This document shows positions 58,500 through 64,000 of a stretch of DNA of 64,000 nucleotides, in pieces. The stretch's first letter is position 1; each line of letters opens with the position of its first letter. The DNA is taken from the NCBI GenBank assembly GCA_049322655.1, contig JBMORP010000006.1, positions 384,410-448,409 of the forward strand. Direction: 5' to 3'. The DNA comes from Patescibacteria group bacterium (GTDB lineage: Bacteria > Patescibacteriota > Microgenomatia > UBA1400 > PJMF01). The position numbers and the translations under genes are program-made. The notes under the pieces were generated by a model. The model saw nothing but the letters and a program-made list of their open reading frames with translations. It did no database searches and was not told the DNA's origin.

Positions 58500-58988
58500 T
58501 TAATTCCTTAGATATTTTTTTAATACTTGTTTAGCATCAACAGAGCTATAAATTCTAATTTTGTCAAATTGATCTAAATCAACCCATTCCGCTTTCTGGA
58601 CATATTGCCGTTCATTTTCGTCAAGATAATCAATAGAAATTTCTCCACCGGTTACTTCACATTCATAATATAAGTGAATAGAATGGACAAATTTTTCTTT
58701 AAAAGGTAACTTAAAAAATGAGTTATCAGCAAAAATAACCTCTTTAACTTCTACTTCTAAACCAGTCTCTTCCTTTACTTCACGTTTCAAAGCTTCAATA
58801 GTATTTTCACCAAGCTCAATTCCTCCTCCTGGAAAATCATAACCATCCCATTGCTTAGATAATAAAACCTTATGATCTTGAATAATCACCCCATAGACTG
58901 CTGGACGAAAAGTAAGTTGATCAACAGCAACCTGGTAGGTATTACCTTGAACATCTTCACAGGTTACTTGACCAAAAACTCTACTCAT
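58500..58988 (-). CDS. NUDIX hydrolase
   Basis: Complete box GGGIELGENTIEALKREVKEETG. Confidence 0.92.
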   Translation of the reverse strand: MSRVFGQVTCEDVQGNTYQVAVDQLTFRPAVYGVIIQDHKVLLSKQWDGYDFPGGGIELGENTIEALKREVKEETGLEVEVKEVIFADNSFFKLPFKEKFVHSIHLYYECEVTGGEISIDYLDENERQYVQKAEWVDLDQFDKIRIYSSVDAKQVLKKYLRN

Positions 58989-59371
58989 TGCTTAGCCTCC
59001 CACAATTCAAGGGCTTGTTGTACTGCATTCAAACCTAGCAAAAAACATTTTTCACGCCCCCTGTTAACTTCACTCATCCCAAAAAAAGGCAGTAAATTAG
59101 TTTTATCCCAAGTTTTTAATTCGGCTAAAGTTTTGCCTTTAATTTTTTCTGACAGCAAACTCATACTGGTCACACTGACAACACAACCACGACCTTCCCA
59201 TTTAATATCAGTGATAGTTTGACCATCAGTAGCAAACTTTAAATAGAGTTTTATTTCATCACCACATGAGGCATTTCTACCTTCGTGTTCCAAATCAGCA
59301 GGCACCAATTTCCCCTTGTTTTGTGGTTCCTTAAACTCAGCAAGCATCGCTTCTTGATAAAAATCTGTCAT
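58985..59371 (-). CDS. sufU: SufU/IscU-type scaffold or sulfur acceptor
   Basis: NASCGD, GRGC..S, REKC. Confidence 0.88.
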   Translation of the reverse strand: MTDFYQEAMLAEFKEPQNKGKLVPADLEHEGRNASCGDEIKLYLKFATDGQTITDIKWEGRGCVVSVTSMSLLSEKIKGKTLAELKTWDKTNLLPFFGMSEVNRGREKCFLLGLNAVQQALELWEAKQ

Positions 59372-59372
59372 C

Positions 59373-60629
59373 TTAAGTTCCAAAAATCTTGTTTACTTGA
59401 TTAAAGGCAGCTACCAAGACATCAATATCTTCTTTAGAAGAATAAACATTAAAACTAGCTCTAGTAGTAGCCTGCCAATCACAAGCCAAATGCAATGGCA
59501 TAGTGCAGTGATGTCCAGATCTAACCGCTACCCCTTCACTATCTAAAATTTGGGCTAAATCATGTGGATGGGCAGTCTGGTGGATAAACGCCACAGAACC
59601 CAACCGATTTGGTAAACCTGCAACTAATCCTGGTTTTAAGCCAAGCACAGTTAAACCTGTTACTTTTGCCAGTTGATCATAAGCGTAGCTTACTAGTTCA
59701 AAATCATGCATCATTACTTCATTCATGCCCAAGTCAGATAGATATTCACAAGCTGCAGCCAAACCTCTAGCTGAAGCCACATCTGGGGTGCCAGCTGTAA
59801 ATCTATCTGCCAAATCTTCAGTAAAAGTGGCGGTTTGTTCATAAACTTGATCAATCATCCCACCACCAAACAACCACGGTTTTAGTTCTTCATTCACTAG
59901 TAATTCTTTTTTGACTAATAAACCACCCACACCCATTGGACCAAGCATTTTATGACCACTAAAAACCAAAAAATCCACATTTAACTGGTGAAAATCAATC
60001 GGTAGATGAGGTGCTGACTGGGCAGCATCCAAAACAATTCTAGCTCCACTAGTATGTTTTTTAACTAACTTAACAATTTCAGCAACAGGATTAACTGTCC
60101 CCAAAGCATTAGAGACATGATTGAAAGCCACCAATTTTACCTGGCCTGCTTTTAAAATCTTGGTCAAATGATCTAAATCCAAGCGAGCCTTATCTTTCAA
60201 ACTAACTATTTTTAAAATTGCACCTGTTCGTTTGGCTAATTCTTGCCACACCACCAAGTTAGCATGATGTTCCATGGCAGTACTGACAATCACTTCACCT
60301 GCCTCAAGATTATGTCCCCAACCATAGGCAATACCATTAGTTGCCTCGGTCGTATTTCTCGTAATAATCAATTCTTCCGGCAAAGCTCCAAAAAACCCAG
60401 TGATGGTTGCTCTACTATCTTCCCAAACCTGGGTACTGCGATCTGATAGAACATGCACCCCTCGATGAACATTAGCGTTGTCATGCCAATAGTAATTCGT
60501 AATAGCTTCAATGACTTGCTTGGGTTTTTGTGAAGTAGCGCCACTATCCAAATAAACTAACCGTTTATCACCATGAATTTTTTGCTGCAAAATCGGAAAG
60601 TCTTGAATTATTTTTTTATGATCAAACAT
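59373..60629 (-). CDS. sufS: Cysteine desulfurase SufS
   Basis: YLDSGATSQKP, NVHRG, FSGHKM, RSGHHC. Confidence 0.95.
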   Translation of the reverse strand: MFDHKKIIQDFPILQQKIHGDKRLVYLDSGATSQKPKQVIEAITNYYWHDNANVHRGVHVLSDRSTQVWEDSRATITGFFGALPEELIITRNTTEATNGIAYGWGHNLEAGEVIVSTAMEHHANLVVWQELAKRTGAILKIVSLKDKARLDLDHLTKILKAGQVKLVAFNHVSNALGTVNPVAEIVKLVKKHTSGARIVLDAAQSAPHLPIDFHQLNVDFLVFSGHKMLGPMGVGGLLVKKELLVNEELKPWLFGGGMIDQVYEQTATFTEDLADRFTAGTPDVASARGLAAACEYLSDLGMNEVMMHDFELVSYAYDQLAKVTGLTVLGLKPGLVAGLPNRLGSVAFIHQTAHPHDLAQILDSEGVAVRSGHHCTMPLHLACDWQATTRASFNVYSSKEDIDVLVAAFNQVNKIFGT

Positions 60630-60648
60630 AAGGGTAATTGTAACAAAC

Positions 60649-61134
60649 TTAAATAGTTAAAAAGCCATCAACTATTAACTGCTCAGCTTTATTTTTTTCA
60701 ATTCCTCTAGATTGGAGATAGAAAAGATGTTCCTCTGACAAAGTGGTAATACTGGCAGCATGAGAACATTTGACGTCATCTGTTTTGATTTCTAAATCTG
60801 GCACAGCCTCAGCCCTAGCTTGCTCTGATAACAACAACACCCGCTCAGTCAAAAATGACTGGGTATCCCCACAATCTTCATCGATAATAATCTTACCTTT
60901 AAGTTGTAAAGAAGAGTTATCTCTGGCAACCCCTTTCATCACTGTTTCTGCTTGAGTATGAGCTGCTTGGTGGTGAATCACTACCTCCAAAACTAAATGC
61001 TCTTTGCCACTGGTTTGAAAAACTCCTTTAACCATAACCGAGGCACCTTCACCTACTAATTCGATCAAATGTTTTCCTGATTCTTTCAAAATGATCTCTT
61101 GATGTTGGTTAGCAGTAATTTGATAAGTTTTCAT
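60649..61134 (-). CDS. sufD: SufD-like protein, C-terminal part only
   Basis: P.LEI.TDDVKCSHAA, LFYLQSRGI, LIVDGF; located between sufB and sufS. Confidence 0.82.
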   Translation of the reverse strand: MKTYQITANQHQEIILKESGKHLIELVGEGASVMVKGVFQTSGKEHLVLEVVIHHQAAHTQAETVMKGVARDNSSLQLKGKIIIDEDCGDTQSFLTERVLLLSEQARAEAVPDLEIKTDDVKCSHAASITTLSEEHLFYLQSRGIEKNKAEQLIVDGFLTI

Positions 61135-61136
61135 CC

Positions 61137-62567
61137 TTAGCCAATTGAACCTTCCATCTCAAAATCAATTAACCGGTTCATTTCTACTGCATACTCTAAA
61201 GGTAGCTTCTTGACTAGATCAGCAATAAAACCATTCACAATCATTTTGCGAGCATCTTCTTCAGAGATACCTCTGCTCATCAAATAAAATAATTGATCAT
61301 CACCAATTTTGGACACGGTTGCTTCGTGTTGCACCTCAACTTGATTGTTAAAAACCTTGTCTTGTGGGTAAGTATCTGATCTAGATTTGTCATCTAATAA
61401 CAAAGCATCACAAACGACTGTATTTTTACTGTTTTTAGCATTTGGCCCAACATGAACCATGCCTCGATAACTAGCCCTACCACCATCTTTACTAATTGAT
61501 TTGGAAATAATGGTTGAAGAAGTGTTGGGCGCCAAATGAATTGCTTTAGCTCCAGTATCTTGGTGTTGACCTTTACCAGCCAAAGCCATCGATAACACCT
61601 CACCATGAGCTCTTTCTCCAGCCAAAATAAAGCCTGGATACTTCATGGTAACTTTGGACCCCATATTAAAATCAGTCCAAATCATTTTACCGTCAGCATG
61701 AACATAAGTTCTTTTGGTGACCAAGTTATAAATATTTTTGTACCAATTTTGTACTGTAGTATATTGGCAAGTGGCTCCTTCTTTCACCACAATCTCTACC
61801 ACTGCTGAGTGGAGTGAGGTAGAAGAAAATTGAGGAGCAGTACAACCTTCCACATAATGAACTGAAGCACCCTGATCTACAATAATTAAGGTTCGCTCAA
61901 ACTGACCAAAAGCTTCAGCATTGATTCTAAAATAAGTTTGGAGTGGCATCTTTACCTCCACACCAGGTGGCACATAAACAAAAGACCCTCCAGACCAAAC
62001 AGCCGTATTCAAAGCAGCGTACTTATTGTCGTTGTGAGGAATAACCTTCCCAAAATGCTCTTTAACTAGGTCTGGATATTTGGCTAAGCCTTCATCCATT
62101 GATAAGAAAATTACACCATCTTTCTCCCAGGTTTTCTTCAACGAGCCATAAACCACTTCGCTATCATACTGGGCTTTGACTCCAGCCAAAAAATCTCGTT
62201 CTGCCGCTGGGACACCAATTCGATCAAAGGTTTCTTTGACCTCTGGGGGAACATCTTCCCATGATTTGGCCTGACCTGCTGTTGGTTTAAGGTAATAAGA
62301 CAAATCATCAAAAGTTAGGGCTGATAAATCAGCCCCCCAACTGGGATTTTTTTTAACTTTAAATTCTTTAAAACCTTTTAATCTGTGTTCTAACATCCAA
62401 ACAGGTTCATTTTTCATTGCTGAAATTTGTTTAATCAAGTCTTCAGTCAAACCTTTGTCAGCTTGAAAAGCATAGTTTTTGGTATCAAAAGAATAACCAT
62501 GTTGGTAATCACCTTGGATAAAATCATCACCTGGTTTACTAGTTTTCTTCGCTGCGAATCTGGCCAT
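61137..62567 (-). CDS. sufB: Fe-S assembly protein SufB
   Basis: GQFERTLII, YVEGCTAP, LHSAVVE, HEATVSKI, EGSIG. Confidence 0.97.
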   Translation of the reverse strand: MARFAAKKTSKPGDDFIQGDYQHGYSFDTKNYAFQADKGLTEDLIKQISAMKNEPVWMLEHRLKGFKEFKVKKNPSWGADLSALTFDDLSYYLKPTAGQAKSWEDVPPEVKETFDRIGVPAAERDFLAGVKAQYDSEVVYGSLKKTWEKDGVIFLSMDEGLAKYPDLVKEHFGKVIPHNDNKYAALNTAVWSGGSFVYVPPGVEVKMPLQTYFRINAEAFGQFERTLIIVDQGASVHYVEGCTAPQFSSTSLHSAVVEIVVKEGATCQYTTVQNWYKNIYNLVTKRTYVHADGKMIWTDFNMGSKVTMKYPGFILAGERAHGEVLSMALAGKGQHQDTGAKAIHLAPNTSSTIISKSISKDGGRASYRGMVHVGPNAKNSKNTVVCDALLLDDKSRSDTYPQDKVFNNQVEVQHEATVSKIGDDQLFYLMSRGISEEDARKMIVNGFIADLVKKLPLEYAVEMNRLIDFEMEGSIG

Positions 62568-63297
62568 AACCTGTTTTTTCCAACTCTTCTACTAATTCAA
62601 CACCGCCTTGTTTAACTACTCTGCCGCCAGCCACCACTAAGACCTGATCATAGTTGAGATACTGGAGAATTCTTTGATAGTGAGTAATCACAATCACGGC
62701 CATACCGGTCTCTTGCTTAATCCGTTCAACTCCTTGAGCTACTACTTTAATGGCATCGATATCTAAGCCAGAATCAGTTTCATCCAAAATTGCCAGTTTT
62801 GGTTGCAAAACAGCCATTTGTAAAATTTCTAGGCGTTTTTTCTCACCACCGCTAAAACTCTCATTAAGCCCCCTAGTTAACAATTTTTCTGGGATATCTA
62901 ATTCCCGAGCTTTGTGTTCCAAAAAATCTTTAAATTCAACAATCGTTTTATAGTCCCGTTGCTCTTTATCTGGATGTTGCTGACTATAAACAGTCCACAA
63001 AAAATTCAAAACCCTTACCCCAGGAACTTCAACTGGATATTGGAAAGCTAAAAACAAACCTAACTTGGCTCTTTCATCTGGAGCTAAGTCAAATAATTCT
63101 CGACCAACAAACACTGCCGAACCAGTTACTTCATAGTCTGGATGACCAGCTAACACTTTGGACAAGGTTGATTTACCAGAACCGTTAGGACCCATAATCA
63201 CAACTGTTTTCCCTGGTTCAATTTCCAAATTTAACCCACGTAAAATTGGTTGACCTTCAATCTGTGCCTCCAGATTTGTTACTTTAAGTAAGGACAT
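62539..63297 (-). CDS. sufC: Fe-S assembly ATPase SufC
   Basis: GPNGSGKST, FSGGEKKR, LDETDSGLDIDA, ITHY. Confidence 0.96.
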   Translation of the reverse strand: MSLLKVTNLEAQIEGQPILRGLNLEIEPGKTVVIMGPNGSGKSTLSKVLAGHPDYEVTGSAVFVGRELFDLAPDERAKLGLFLAFQYPVEVPGVRVLNFLWTVYSQQHPDKEQRDYKTIVEFKDFLEHKARELDIPEKLLTRGLNESFSGGEKKRLEILQMAVLQPKLAILDETDSGLDIDAIKVVAQGVERIKQETGMAVIVITHYQRILQYLNYDQVLVVAGGRVVKQGGVELVEELEKTGYGQIRSEEN

Positions 63298-63318
63298 AAA
63301 TTCTTTCTGAATAACTTG

Positions 63319-63816
63319 TTATTTAGCTACAAACTTATCAAGTGAGTTTTCAATAATAGTTTTAACAAAACGGCCAACTGGCTCACCAAAATCTAGACTA
63401 GCTAGCTCATCCAACTCTATCCACCGATATTCTGTGTGTTCGTCAGATAATAAAACCTTGTCTGGATCTAGGTCAGTGAGATTACTTACAACCCAACCAC
63501 AAACAATCGAGTAAACCTGTTTTCTCTCATCAAAATAACTAAAAAAATGAACCATGTTCTCCAAAGAAAAAACTGCTGGCAGAACCTCAAAACCTGTTTC
63601 TTCAATTACTTCACGGGCAATATCTTCTTGGTGGACATTTCTCTTTGAGGTTGTTAATTCAGCTGGCCATTCAGCGTTACCACCAGGTAAATCCCAAGCC
63701 CCAGGCCTACTTTTAGCGTTAGCTGCTCTTTTAAGCACCAAGACTTTTCCTTGATGAACCAATGCCACTTTATGTAAAAACTTAACGTTTTCGGTTAATT
63801 GATGAGCTATTTTCAT
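63319..63816 (-). CDS. NUDIX hydrolase
   Basis: WDLPGG, REVIEETG, LSDEH..Y.W; insertion within the box; ATG at 63816 overlaps the upstream TGA. Confidence 0.82.
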   Translation of the reverse strand: MKIAHQLTENVKFLHKVALVHQGKVLVLKRAANAKSRPGAWDLPGGNAEWPAELTTSKRNVHQEDIAREVIEETGFEVLPAVFSLENMVHFFSYFDERKQVYSIVCGWVVSNLTDLDPDKVLLSDEHTEYRWIELDELASLDFGEPVGRFVKTIIENSLDKFVAK

Positions 63817-64000
63817 TTGCTCCCTTTCTTGTTTGCTTGATCCAAAACCCAATTGGCTTCGGCTCTTACTTCTGGAATAGTTTCTAAATCAACCAACTCT
63901 TTTTTAGAAAACCAACTTATGCCATCTGTTTCTTCGACGTTTTGTTTAAAATCCAACCCAGCAACTGCCTCTACAACATAAGTAAATACTAAATGTTTTT
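63813..64000 (-). CDS. 3' end of an upstream gene, probably NUDIX-like (partial)
   Basis: Manual translation KHLVFTYVVEAVAGLDFKQNVEETDGISWFSKKELVDLETIPEVRAEANWVLDQANKKGSK*; ATGA overlap with the next gene. Confidence 0.55.
   Translation of the reverse strand, partial: KHLVFTYVVEAVAGLDFKQNVEETDGISWFSKKELVDLETIPEVRAEANWVLDQANKKGSK

Noticed and set aside
1-64000. Stop-codon reassignment (code 25, as in Gracilibacteria/Absconditabacteria)
   Set aside because: Conserved genes translate full length in code 11, and TGA serves as a stop (e.g. yqeY, sufU)

Overview
Core-genome segment of an AT-rich bacterium, most likely Patescibacteria/CPR (Microgenomates-like). This is inferred from the missing uL30 in the spc operon, short AlaRS, sortase plus baseplate-J-like locus and Lys-rich r-protein tails. 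About 3.1-31.7 kb (minus strand) holds rpoBC, the str operon and the S10-spc-alpha-L13/S9 superoperon; rpmJ was missed by the ORF track. Next come an envelope block (mltG, yqgF, sortase, baseplate-J-like protein), alaS, tRNA-Val(CAC), comF, tmRNA, ftsK, rnj and udg. The last part holds a five-gene unknown cluster around a protease-less Lon AAA+ module, a pfkB/LOG/rpe/rpiB block, and a SUF Fe-S cluster with ferredoxin, reductase and NUDIX genes. No mobile element or CRISPR array was seen. Best leads: (1) the Lon-ATPase-only cluster with an LPxAG Ig-like surface protein; (2) a structured RNA upstream of a divergent Maf-like gene; (3) a 31-residue tmRNA tag; (4) a remodelled rifampicin pocket in RpoB; (5) a Cys-less family-4 UDG; (6) a three-way-junction RNA between rpsG and fusA; (7) recurrent leaderless extended -10 promoters. 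All assignments come from by-eye motif recognition; no searches or folding programs were run.
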